IMG/VR virus record: IMGVR_UViG_3300032270_001157
Location: 1-64,000 of that record
Reading direction: 5' to 3' (one strand)
Length of the DNA stretch: 64,000 bases
Origin: a virus
Lineage: Duplodnaviria > Caudoviricetes
This document shows, one piece after another, positions 47,719 to 57,187 of the stretch. How positions within the stretch are numbered: position 1 is the first letter of the stretch; the number at the start of each line of letters is the position of its first letter. The notes under the pieces are model-generated. The model had not been told where the DNA came from. It did no database searches and was given only the letters and a program-made list of their open reading frames with translations. Both the position numbers and the translations under genes were made by a program.

Positions 47719-48759
47719 CTATTCCTTATTATTTAATTGTTGCATTATCCTTTGTTTAACATCTGGCAATTGAGCATCCGGAATCCTCGTCCCTATATTT
47801 GAGTTTGTTACAAAGTCCACCTTTTGTTTAAGAGTAGACAAACCCAGTTCGTTATTAAGTCCAATTATATCGTCTGCTTGTTCTTTATTTCCTGCCATCA
47901 AAAATACTTCTGAAGCATTCTTCAATTTACCTGTCAGTATATTTTCTACACCCTTTTCCTTTTTTTGTCTATCATTTTCTTGTTTATGAAATAACATCCA
48001 ACCATCTAGAGCATCATCATCATTAATAATATCTTGTGGAGGACATTCAGGATGTTCATATATTCTATCATACATATATGAAATATTTATCAAGCTTTTT
48101 TGTTCTTCAGACCATTCTTTAACACAATCATCTAATATGTTACTTTTATTATTATTCCAATAATTTCTCCAGTATTCACTTCTGGCGATACTCTTAAATG
48201 TTACTACATCTATCATGTTTTGAGAGATATGAGAAGCTAAACTATTGAAAGTATTATAGTTAATATTAGTATTATCAAAAATTAAATTGTTTGTATCATA
48301 CTCATATAAAGTATTACTAATTAAAAATTCATTTTTAATATTATCACAATAATGTTCTAAAGTAATATAATCTAAGCAATGTTGTTTTTGTAAAAATTGA
48401 TCAATTTCTTTTTTTAGATCTTTAATTTTACTTTGAATTTTCTTTTTTTTAGTATTATCGAAATACTGTTGATATAATAAAATTTTATTAGACTCTAAGC
48501 TTTTTTCTATTTTAGCTACTATTTTTTTATAGTCCCACGGCAAGAGCTGCAAATCAAATAATAGATTTTCAATATCTTCTAGAAACCAAAAATCGCTATA
48601 TAGATTATCATTATAAGCAGAAGAGTAAAGAATATCTGCTTGGAGCTTTAAAGATAAAGAAGGTTTCCTAAGCTCATAAATAACATCGTCATAAACAAAA
48701 ACTTGCTTACCAGATAAAATCCTATGAACTAGTATCTCATTTTTTCTAGATTCATTCAC
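47719..48759 (-). CDS. Hypothetical protein, possibly tail-chaperone-related
   Basis: 346-aa ORF between the tube and TMP genes. Its GTG start overlaps the upstream stop. Confidence 0.6.
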   Translation of the reverse strand: MNESRKNEILVHRILSGKQVFVYDDVIYELRKPSLSLKLQADILYSSAYNDNLYSDFWFLEDIENLLFDLQLLPWDYKKIVAKIEKSLESNKILLYQQYFDNTKKKKIQSKIKDLKKEIDQFLQKQHCLDYITLEHYCDNIKNEFLISNTLYEYDTNNLIFDNTNINYNTFNSLASHISQNMIDVVTFKSIARSEYWRNYWNNNKSNILDDCVKEWSEEQKSLINISYMYDRIYEHPECPPQDIINDDDALDGWMLFHKQENDRQKKEKGVENILTGKLKNASEVFLMAGNKEQADDIIGLNNELGLSTLKQKVDFVTNSNIGTRIPDAQLPDVKQRIMQQLNNKE

Positions 48760-48908
48760 ATTGATTGTTCTTGAGAAATAATAGAAGCTTGTAATTTAGA
48801 GATGTCTTTTTCTCTATCTTCTAATTTTTTTTGTAAATTTTCTATTATTTTTTGACTTTGCAACAAATCTAAATACAACTTACCGATTGTTGAAAAAATT
48901 TCATCCAT
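48756..48908 (-). CDS. 50-aa coiled-coil protein missed by the ORF track
   Basis: MDEIFSTIGKLYLDLLQSQKIIENLQKKLEDREKDISKLQASIISQEQSM. GAGGA lies upstream and the stop overlaps the next GTG. Confidence 0.8.
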   Translation of the reverse strand: MDEIFSTIGKLYLDLLQSQKIIENLQKKLEDREKDISKLQASIISQEQSM

Positions 48909-48962
48909 AATAGTCCTCGAACCATGTTCTTTTGATATAAATTTACTCTAGCAACTGTGTTA

Positions 48963-50018
48963 TTAGTAGTCAGTACCAATAACTGGTAGACCAGCTTCAA
49001 TAACATCTGCAAAGTTTTGGCCAATACCGCCAGTGGGTGGAGTATAGGTAAAATCACTATAAGTTTGATAGCTATAAGTGATTGTAGCATTACCACCGTC
49101 TGTACCACCACCAGCATAGCTAACTGACTGGAGCTTGTTTTTAGTTCCAAGATCAAGTCTAGTACCATCGCATAATGCAATAAGAATCTTTTTATTACTA
49201 AGAGCCTTAGGATTACTGCAATTAGCATTACTTGAACCTTCGACACCAACCATATCGCCAGTATTAGCAGTTACTTCAATTTCGGTTGAAATTTCAACTG
49301 GGAATTTGATATAACGATAGAAAGGTGTTCTACTACCTAGCTCACGAATTTGTTCACGACCAAGATTCATGCTAACCTTAACACTATTAATCTTAATACC
49401 GGCTGGAATTCCTCCAGAAACTGATCGAACATTTACGTCTCCAGTAGTTCCGGTTGGAAGAACAGTAAGAGCTTGACTCCATAAACCACGACGCAAAATA
49501 CCAACACCCGATGGGCTGTCGGCAACAGGAGCGCTAGCAGTTGAAGTTAGTGAAGTAGCCCATGTTTTATCATTACTAACTATTGTAACTTCTTCTGTAA
49601 AATTGCCGTCTGTTGGGAAATTATAGCTTACAGAAGATAAATAAGAAGGTGTGCATTCTACTACAGCAGCGGGAACTCCAGTAGCATTAGTATTGGTGTC
49701 AGGATATAGAAGTAATTTAACACCACAACGATTGTTAGCTAAGTCAGCTAAATTACCACTACCCATAGCCATTTGATAGATTGTGGGAAAACCGTCTAGA
49801 ACCTTATTGAGAGTAATTTCAACTTCTGGAATTTCTTCATAGTTGTCATAAAGAGATAATTGACCAAGTTGATATACTGGCTCAAGATTGAAATTAGTAT
49901 TCATGCCTACACTTTGTAGACCTTGTACGGAGTCATAATCAGGATTTTTAACGCCCTTGGTTCCTGATGGACCAGCTAATTGAACAGATTGGCAGGCATA
50001 ATAAATACGATTGGCCAT
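48963..50018 (-). CDS. Major tail tube protein
   Basis: GLQSVGMNTNFNLEPVYQLGQ, EVEITL and REQIRELGSRTPFYRY..PVEISTEIEV. It lies upstream of the chaperone/TMP genes. Confidence 0.75.
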   Translation of the reverse strand: MANRIYYACQSVQLAGPSGTKGVKNPDYDSVQGLQSVGMNTNFNLEPVYQLGQLSLYDNYEEIPEVEITLNKVLDGFPTIYQMAMGSGNLADLANNRCGVKLLLYPDTNTNATGVPAAVVECTPSYLSSVSYNFPTDGNFTEEVTIVSNDKTWATSLTSTASAPVADSPSGVGILRRGLWSQALTVLPTGTTGDVNVRSVSGGIPAGIKINSVKVSMNLGREQIRELGSRTPFYRYIKFPVEISTEIEVTANTGDMVGVEGSSNANCSNPKALSNKKILIALCDGTRLDLGTKNKLQSVSYAGGGTDGGNATITYSYQTYSDFTYTPPTGGIGQNFADVIEAGLPVIGTDY

Positions 50019-50040
50019 GAGGGTGTCTCCATTAATTTGG

Positions 50041-51003
50041 CTAAATGATAACTTCAGTCGTTAATCTTAAAGTACACCAATATAAATTTTTATTTCTGCT
50101 TTCCATGTCTAAAATTGATACTTCTTTCAAATAACACCTTTTCCATCTGTACGATGGATTAAGGACTAAATCGCAATAATTTTTACCATTATTATTGATA
50201 GAACCCTGGTAATTTAATGGATTTACTCCGCTGTTTATTACCTTTTGGATATCATATAGCCATAAAGTTTTTTGTTTTTGCAAGCGTATAATATCGGCTA
50301 TTTTATTTTTGTCAGAAGAGTTTTCTGCAAAAACATGCAATAATATATCCTGATTAACAGCAAAATCATGAGCACCCATTTGCCAAGGTTGAGAATAACT
50401 GCTAGCAATTGGTTCAATAACTACGCAGGGCATTTGAATTCTGTGATTAGAAGATATTGCATAATCACCTTTATCCTTTTGATTAATAGCTGGTGCTGGG
50501 CTATAGGTCATACTCTGTAGTTCCACCCAATAAGGATCCGTACTACTTTTGTATGTTTGACACCACCTATAAGAATATTCAAGTTTAACAGCCGATCCAG
50601 CTGCTAAGGGTTTATCGAATACTACTTGTCCAAGAGGATAATTTATACGATAACCAATAGACCCACTACCAGTTGGAGATGGATAAAAAGTAGTACCAAT
50701 ACTAACTCCAGAAATGCGTGTTGGTTGAGTACCATTAAATGCAACACCTGTTTCCCAAACCCAATCCTTTTTGGGACTCTGCCATATTTGACCCTTAGCA
50801 AAGCCGGGTTGTTCTGAGATTTTTAATTCATGGAATGAGCCACCATACAAACCACTAGTTGGAATTTTTACATTAACAAAACCACCTATATTTAGAAAGC
50901 CCCAGTCTAAAAATCCTTTTAAGTTTTCTTCTAGTTCGTTTAATAAGGTATTACCACCCAATGAGGTAATTGTATTAAATTTTGTATAGTCTTCACAACT
51001 CAT
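50041..51003 (-). CDS. Putative tail terminator/completion protein
   Basis: Precedes the tube gene. C-terminal MPCVVIE...QDILLHVFAE...LRLTTEVI resembles the terminator fold. Confidence 0.55.
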   Translation of the reverse strand: MSCEDYTKFNTITSLGGNTLLNELEENLKGFLDWGFLNIGGFVNVKIPTSGLYGGSFHELKISEQPGFAKGQIWQSPKKDWVWETGVAFNGTQPTRISGVSIGTTFYPSPTGSGSIGYRINYPLGQVVFDKPLAAGSAVKLEYSYRWCQTYKSSTDPYWVELQSMTYSPAPAINQKDKGDYAISSNHRIQMPCVVIEPIASSYSQPWQMGAHDFAVNQDILLHVFAENSSDKNKIADIIRLQKQKTLWLYDIQKVINSGVNPLNYQGSINNNGKNYCDLVLNPSYRWKRCYLKEVSILDMESRNKNLYWCTLRLTTEVII

Positions 51004-51647
51004 ATATTTTTCTCAATTTCTGTTTGTATCATAGTTGGTATTTTATTATCGTCTAATTTATCTAGAGCTCTAGTTACCCAGTTATTATTTTGTGTACCAG
51101 CAAATTCAGGAGGAACTCTCCAGTTTTCTTTTGATGGTTTCATGATAGCTAATCCAGTTCTAGAATATGGATTAGGACCAACCTGTACAGTATAGTTTTT
51201 TACAATAATTTTATTACCGTATAACAATAGCCACTCTAGCCATGGTAGTACAGCTTTACTTAAGCCGTCAAATACTAGAGCACTATCGCTAGTTAAAACA
51301 TCCTCATAATTAGATTGAATCATTCCAATATTGAATCCACCCTTTAATCCAGATCCACTCAGTGTAATTGGGGTTACATTTACTATTACATTATTAGTCC
51401 ATATATTTACTATCTCATTTACCTTTTGGGCAGCTTCGGGAATTCCAAATTCATATCTGAGCTTGCCAGTTAATAAAGACTGATATTCTGGTTCAGAGAC
51501 TATGGCTTTGTAAATTTCAGCTGGTATAGTTTTGGCTAGAACCATACGAGCTTTATAAAAAGCGGTCTGTAGGTGGTCTTTAATGCTATCTAGGACCATT
51601 TGTTTGATTGCTGACTCAGATTCTAATAGTCTTAATGAGAATTGCAT
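51000..51647 (-). CDS. Putative neck/tail-completion protein
   Basis: Position in the head-tail joining block. Ends WRVPPEFAGTQNNNWVTRAL. Confidence 0.45.
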   Translation of the reverse strand: MQFSLRLLESESAIKQMVLDSIKDHLQTAFYKARMVLAKTIPAEIYKAIVSEPEYQSLLTGKLRYEFGIPEAAQKVNEIVNIWTNNVIVNVTPITLSGSGLKGGFNIGMIQSNYEDVLTSDSALVFDGLSKAVLPWLEWLLLYGNKIIVKNYTVQVGPNPYSRTGLAIMKPSKENWRVPPEFAGTQNNNWVTRALDKLDDNKIPTMIQTEIEKNI

Positions 51648-51649
51648 TG

Positions 51650-52183
51650 TTATGCCCTTGACCACATGGTAACAATATATCTATTATCTCCAAAACCACA
51701 AGGTTGGGGGTCTCCAGCAGTCACATATGTATAACCACCATAATTAGCTATGTTTTTATCTATAGTGATATATTGAGCATTTTTAATTTTGGGAAGAAGA
51801 GAGATTGAGCAGATAGTCTGAACCATACCATCGGCTATATTAACAGCATCTGATTTAGTTGACCAATTAAACCAATATTTACTATCAAAAAGAACTGCCA
51901 TGTATATGGTTTCGTTATTAGCTTTATCAACTAGTCCATATCCATTACAAACTGGACAAATAGTGTCTGTGGTGAAAGATACGGGTCCGGTACCATTGTA
52001 TTTATTAGCGGATCTGATAGAGATAGGATCAAATATGCAATTATTACATGGATTATTATTGGAAGATCCATAAGAGATAACGCACGGAACAGTTAATCCT
52101 GTTGTGGATAATAATGAATCTATGGCTTGGTTATATATGTTTTTATATTCAGCCGATATTAAAGCTTCAAAAGGATTAGCCAT
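51650..52183 (-). CDS. Putative head-closure/neck protein with CxxC...CxxC
   Basis: CNNC and CPVCNGYG. GAGGA precedes ATG 52183. Confidence 0.5.
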   Translation of the reverse strand: MANPFEALISAEYKNIYNQAIDSLLSTTGLTVPCVISYGSSNNNPCNNCIFDPISIRSANKYNGTGPVSFTTDTICPVCNGYGLVDKANNETIYMAVLFDSKYWFNWSTKSDAVNIADGMVQTICSISLLPKIKNAQYITIDKNIANYGGYTYVTAGDPQPCGFGDNRYIVTMWSRA

Positions 52184-52227
52184 TTTAATTATCCTCAAAG
52201 TAAAAATACTAATGTAAAATACACATT

Positions 52228-53172
52228 TTACCAACTACTATGAGCAGAACGTCTCCAGAGATTGTTTGCTATACAAATATATAAGTATGATGAATCCCAT
52301 ACTATATCTCCTGGATTTCCAGAAGAGGATGAGGACGCTATCATTCTATATGGTATATTAGTAGTGGATCTAGAAAAATCTATAATATCAGATAAATAAT
52401 GTTGGTGTCCACTAATAGCATAATTACCAACAGGCTGTGGAATGTAATTTAAAGCCCCGCTAATATCTGTAAAAGATAAATTCACAACACCAGATCTAGA
52501 ATTAAATGATGTAACACCACTGTTTCCTAAGGAATCAATAGTGATAGTATTAGAGCCATTATCGTAGTAAATATTAGTATATCCACTACCAACAATATTT
52601 AATCTATCTACGGTAGAATAATTTATAACAGACGATGAGCCGTTACCAATTGTAAGATTGTGTGTATGTCCGCTAGCAGCATATAGTCCTGTTGGTTGTT
52701 TATTATCTAGAGCTAGTTGCAAGCCGCTCACTTGGTCAATAGAATGAGTATGATTAACCAGACTATAATTACCAGAAATCTGTGGAACATATCCTAATCT
52801 ATTAATAATATTGGGGGCAGTTAAGAAGCCAGAACCAGAGCGACTCTCAATAATTAATCCCTTTGAGGCACTATTGTAAGAAATAGTTGTATCCCCGGAA
52901 CCCAAAACATTTAAATATTCTCCACTGGATAAATTTACAGCAATTCTCGGATCAGCACCATCTGCTATAGATAAATAAATTTGCGGAAAATTAATTGTTA
53001 CTGGTGGATTATCAATGTAGGATAGTCCAGACCATCTAGTGACTCCATCTCCAACCTTTATATATCTGGTCTCTGTTTCATATCCGGGTTCTCCTAGTCC
53101 TAGAATTGGATTAGCAGACATCCATTCTCCACTCGGCGCTCTTCTTAATCTTATTCTACGAAAATCGCTCAT
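52228..53172 (-). CDS. Fibre protein with Mtd/hyaluronidase-type N-terminal domain
   Basis: IRLRR..EWMSANPILGLGEPGYETETRYIKVGDGVTRWSGL, three HxH motifs and C-terminal GNPGDIVWDSSYLYIC..WRR. Confidence 0.8.
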   Translation of the reverse strand: MSDFRRIRLRRAPSGEWMSANPILGLGEPGYETETRYIKVGDGVTRWSGLSYIDNPPVTINFPQIYLSIADGADPRIAVNLSSGEYLNVLGSGDTTISYNSASKGLIIESRSGSGFLTAPNIINRLGYVPQISGNYSLVNHTHSIDQVSGLQLALDNKQPTGLYAASGHTHNLTIGNGSSSVINYSTVDRLNIVGSGYTNIYYDNGSNTITIDSLGNSGVTSFNSRSGVVNLSFTDISGALNYIPQPVGNYAISGHQHYLSDIIDFSRSTTNIPYRMIASSSSSGNPGDIVWDSSYLYICIANNLWRRSAHSSW

Positions 53173-55628
53173 AGTTTTTTGACTCCAAAAATTATTCCTG
53201 AAACTTCTGAAACTAACCAATTTTGTTGTGTTACTGGATTTTTATTCATGTAATATTGATAGGTTTTATAAGTGGTTTTATTTACAGAATGTTCTGGGCC
53301 TATTTCTACATAGTCATCTATTTTAGTTTTAAAAGGCTCGGTCGATGGAGTAAAGCTATCAGTATAACGAGCTACTCCGGAGGTTATTCTAAATTCATCA
53401 ATATATCCTCCTTTACCAATAGCAGCTAAGTTTGCAACAACCTGATTATATCCATCACTAAAAAATTCAGAATAAATATTAGAAGAATTATTAAGATTCG
53501 GTGAGTATGTGGTACTGAATGTGCCTGTTGTTTCAAGAGTACTTACGAAATTAGACATATTTCCACTATTAGCTAAATAGTAAGAATTACCTGGTTCCCC
53601 ATTCAGATAACAAATAATCTTATTAGCACTATTCCTTGTAATAGCAACATGATGCCAAGTTCCTGTAGTTGCTGTGCTTGGAAAGAATAATTGTCTCTTT
53701 ACCATAGCCTCTGGTGAGCTTATATTCTGAAGTGGGACACCACCATCGTCACCAACATATCCAAAAGTAGATAGGTATTGTATACCACTAATATTAGCAG
53801 CAAACGAGTAGGTTCTAAAGGAATAAAGAGGAGTATTGTGTAGTGGGATTTTGTCAAATAATGAAATATTGGTTGTATTATTAGGAAAATATATCCAAGA
53901 TTCTATTGTAAAAGGAGAAGTAGATAGGTCTGGATAGTTATTTAGATATAAATAAGAACTTTGATTTCCAAAACTAATACTTCTAGTTCCTATTTTACTG
54001 GGAGTAGTAGTAGATGTTACATTACCCGTATAACTAATTGGTCTTAAATATGTAGAACTATCCACAATGGGACTAGATTCTCCACGCAATAATAATGTTA
54101 CATTAGCTTCATAAATGTCACTAGTCCCAGAGTACATTACATTAATGAATTTGGTATCCAGATATTTTTTTCTAGCGCTATTATAAATTTTCATACCACC
54201 AATAGTATCATTCAAGTTTCCTCTCCATGCTGAATTCGAGTCAAAACGATTGAAAGTGTTATATTGTAAATAGTTAGGTTGGCTCATTTTAATTGCGTCT
54301 ATATTTCCACTAGCAATAGTTTCTATACTATTTCCATCTGCGTCTGGTATTAATAATGCTCTTCTATGACTACTAAAGTCTGTAAAAGAAGATGAATTAT
54401 CATTAGATATTATTCTTGGGGCTCCAAGAGACCATTTTAATAATCCATCGGAACATGTTCCATTATCTACTAAGTTACCTCCACAACCAGGAAATATAGA
54501 CATAACTTTTGCAGAACTACCTAGCCAGAAGGAGGGTGGAGGATCGGTATTATCTATTAAAATTAAATCATCTAGCAGCCATGTTCTACCTTGCATATAA
54601 TACCAAGAATCTTTCCAGCCTCCCTGTCCTGGGTCTGATTCTGTTATGCCATTCATTACAGAACTAGAATATGTACGATTATAAAAACGTAAATTATTAA
54701 AATTAAATCCACTTATAGGTAAACTTAAATCCCATGATGATTTGAGTATGTTAGAATCTGGATTAACAACTGGTAAATTAATATCTTCAAGATTGATATA
54801 TAAAAGAGGGGGACTAGAAGACTGGTCTACAGAAAATTCTAAATGGGCCCATCGACTAATCATAGCGCTAAAACCAGGACCAGAGTTGGTGTCTGTTATA
54901 GTTAATATTTTATTATTGGTAGTATTAAAAACAGAACTAATTTGATAACGATTAATTAAGCCAGAAATATTTAGATCGAAGTAACCTAGAGTTTGATTAT
55001 TTTGTTGTATTTCTAAAGCTAGAGTAGTTTTTACATTATTAATAGGTGTTAAATTATTTCCAGTAATTTTTACAACATTAACTGTTAAAGCAGGTAAGTC
55101 TCCACTATTATAGCTAAATAAAGTATGTCTGTATGGATATGTAGAATAATCACTATTCTTAGATTCTAATCCCAGACATCTCATAGATAAGTAAGAAATA
55201 TTTCCTGACGGAAGAGGAAATCCACTAGCTTGTAAATATGTTGGGGTTTCTAAATTATTACTATTTTCTATATCTATATTTGTAAAAGCTAAAAAACCAA
55301 GAGGACTTCCAAAACCAGGATAACTATTTTTAGTAAAAAAATATGTATAATAATATGAAAAATATGCTCTATCATCCACATATCTGCCGCTAGGTACTAA
55401 TCCATTAATTCCTTCTGGAGTACTATAGTTATAAACAAAAGAAAGTTTAACAGGATCGGAATCGTTCCCGACATAGAAGGCTGGATCGGCTCTATTATCT
55501 AATGAGATAGGAGTATAACCGCCAAAAGCATATTTAGGAAAAGCTTTATATTGAGTAGACCAGTATGTGGAATCTAGCTCATTTAGAACTACTCCTTTAT
55601 CAAAACCTTCAAAAAATAAAGTAGACAT
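53169..55628 (-). CDS. LamG/concanavalin-like domain virion protein
   Basis: FTIESWIY, WHHVAITR, CYLNG and GYIDEFRITSGVARY. Confidence 0.85.
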   Translation of the reverse strand: MSTLFFEGFDKGVVLNELDSTYWSTQYKAFPKYAFGGYTPISLDNRADPAFYVGNDSDPVKLSFVYNYSTPEGINGLVPSGRYVDDRAYFSYYYTYFFTKNSYPGFGSPLGFLAFTNIDIENSNNLETPTYLQASGFPLPSGNISYLSMRCLGLESKNSDYSTYPYRHTLFSYNSGDLPALTVNVVKITGNNLTPINNVKTTLALEIQQNNQTLGYFDLNISGLINRYQISSVFNTTNNKILTITDTNSGPGFSAMISRWAHLEFSVDQSSSPPLLYINLEDINLPVVNPDSNILKSSWDLSLPISGFNFNNLRFYNRTYSSSVMNGITESDPGQGGWKDSWYYMQGRTWLLDDLILIDNTDPPPSFWLGSSAKVMSIFPGCGGNLVDNGTCSDGLLKWSLGAPRIISNDNSSSFTDFSSHRRALLIPDADGNSIETIASGNIDAIKMSQPNYLQYNTFNRFDSNSAWRGNLNDTIGGMKIYNSARKKYLDTKFINVMYSGTSDIYEANVTLLLRGESSPIVDSSTYLRPISYTGNVTSTTTPSKIGTRSISFGNQSSYLYLNNYPDLSTSPFTIESWIYFPNNTTNISLFDKIPLHNTPLYSFRTYSFAANISGIQYLSTFGYVGDDGGVPLQNISSPEAMVKRQLFFPSTATTGTWHHVAITRNSANKIICYLNGEPGNSYYLANSGNMSNFVSTLETTGTFSTTYSPNLNNSSNIYSEFFSDGYNQVVANLAAIGKGGYIDEFRITSGVARYTDSFTPSTEPFKTKIDDYVEIGPEHSVNKTTYKTYQYYMNKNPVTQQNWLVSEVSGIIFGVKKL

Positions 55629-55696
55629 TATATCTCCTAGAGCAGATTATATGGTAAAAAATATGGCTAATAGTCCTATGCTTTTAATACACCGGT

Positions 55697-56005
55697 TTAA
55701 ATTATTGAAATCTGTAAGTCGCAAGAAGGAGAATTAAATGATAAAACATCAATTGAAAGGTATGATAATAGAGCAGGATTGGTGGGCCGTTGGTAGTTTA
55801 AGATATCATGAGATAAATAAGACATTAGTAATATTTTAGATTTTGCTGTATAGGTTAATATATCGTGCGATAAATATGATATTGATGCTGTTTGTGTTGG
55901 GAGTCTAAAGGTAAAGCAATCATTAGATAAATATGAGCAATATAACCTATAAATTTCTCTGTCTTGATATGATAGAGGATATCCAAAAAATGGAGGTAAA
56001 ATCAT
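55697..56005 (-). CDS. Small protein with four SYLSxD repeats
   Basis: SYLSNDCF, SYLSHDIL (twice) and SYLSIDVL at 19-20-aa spacing. AAGGA lies upstream. Confidence 0.6.
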   Translation of the reverse strand: MILPPFFGYPLSYQDREIYRLYCSYLSNDCFTFRLPTQTASISYLSHDILTYTAKSKILLMSYLSHDILNYQRPTNPALLSYLSIDVLSFNSPSCDLQISII

Positions 56006-56016
56006 TAAATTTTTCC

Positions 56017-57171
56017 TTATTCTGGTCCGCCATTTGCATCTGTGGTGTCTCCAGATAATATCATAATATTTTCTCCAACCTTCACCAATGTAGCAACAGA
56101 GAATTGTCCAACTAATTTAGAGTGGCCTAGTCTATTTGCTAATCCAGCACTGGTAAATCTTACTTGTCCGGAACCAAGTTGGGAAACCAAGCAATTAAAT
56201 CCTAAAGATAAATTATTATTGAATTGAACATTAATTGAGCGAACGTTATTGGTAAAAGTTAAAACTTTTCCATTATCTGCTTGAGATATTGTGTAACCAG
56301 AACCAGATATACTTTGTAGAGAGGCTGAGAATCTTGTTAGTTGTCCATCTCCTAAAGATTGTGTTCCAGTAAAACTATTTCCCCCACTTAGTTTAGCAAA
56401 AAGACCAGACGATAGTGTGGCTATATCTCCCAATCCCAAGGTGTCTCTTTGAGCAGAGGCTGACGCATCGTTGATTAATATCTTTCCGGCATCTGTTATA
56501 GATATTGTTCCATATTTATCAACTCCGGTTCCACAAATCAGCTTATTTTGAGTCATAGACAAATTACTAAGCTCATTCAGTCTATTACTATAGGCTTGTA
56601 CATTTGTTCCAATAGTTAATCCTGTAACTGATATAGTTAAAGCATTAAGGTCTTGATCTGCATAACTTAGTTGAAGATAATTACCCGGCTGTAGTAAATT
56701 CGCTACTCTATCATCTACCGATTCATTAAAATTATCAATATCGCTGGGATTGTGATGATGTCCTATTGGAGAATATTGTGAACTCAAACTATCAGATGAA
56801 ATATTGATAGTTTTAGTATTGGGAACAAATGAAACAACAGTGCCTCCAGCTCCAACAATATTCAAAGTATCATTTTCTTGAATAGTAATATTACCAACAT
56901 TTAATTTGGTTAATCCGGTCCCCGGTGGACCCTGCAAGCCTGATGGTCCGATTGGGCCGCTTGGTCCTGCTGGACCAACTTCTCCACGCAAACCGCTTGG
57001 ACCTGTTAATCCAGTTAAACCTCTCTCAACATAAACAACACCAACAGTATTATCAAAACCATCTACTATATTAAGGTTTGTAGTAATAACACCGGTACTA
57101 TCAGAACCATCTATGGATTGATTAATAACTAAAATTTTAGGAGATGATGGTGTGATATTAACAGTAGCCAT
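56017..57171 (-). CDS. Collagen-like tail fibre protein
   Basis: About 11 G-X-Y triplets at about 56920-57021, an HxH motif and a C-terminal fibre domain (YTISQADNGKVL...LVSQLGSGQV). Confidence 0.85.
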   Translation of the reverse strand: MATVNITPSSPKILVINQSIDGSDSTGVITTNLNIVDGFDNTVGVVYVERGLTGLTGPSGLRGEVGPAGPSGPIGPSGLQGPPGTGLTKLNVGNITIQENDTLNIVGAGGTVVSFVPNTKTINISSDSLSSQYSPIGHHHNPSDIDNFNESVDDRVANLLQPGNYLQLSYADQDLNALTISVTGLTIGTNVQAYSNRLNELSNLSMTQNKLICGTGVDKYGTISITDAGKILINDASASAQRDTLGLGDIATLSSGLFAKLSGGNSFTGTQSLGDGQLTRFSASLQSISGSGYTISQADNGKVLTFTNNVRSINVQFNNNLSLGFNCLVSQLGSGQVRFTSAGLANRLGHSKLVGQFSVATLVKVGENIMILSGDTTDANGGPE

Positions 57172-57187
57172 AATTTAATTTTTATCC

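Noticed and set aside
48869-49249. 126-aa ORF from the track
   Set aside because: It overlaps the tail tube gene on the same strand in another frame. The real gene in the gap is 48756-48908.
56920-57021. GC-rich island as a foreign element
   Set aside because: Explained by Gly-Pro codons of the collagen repeat.
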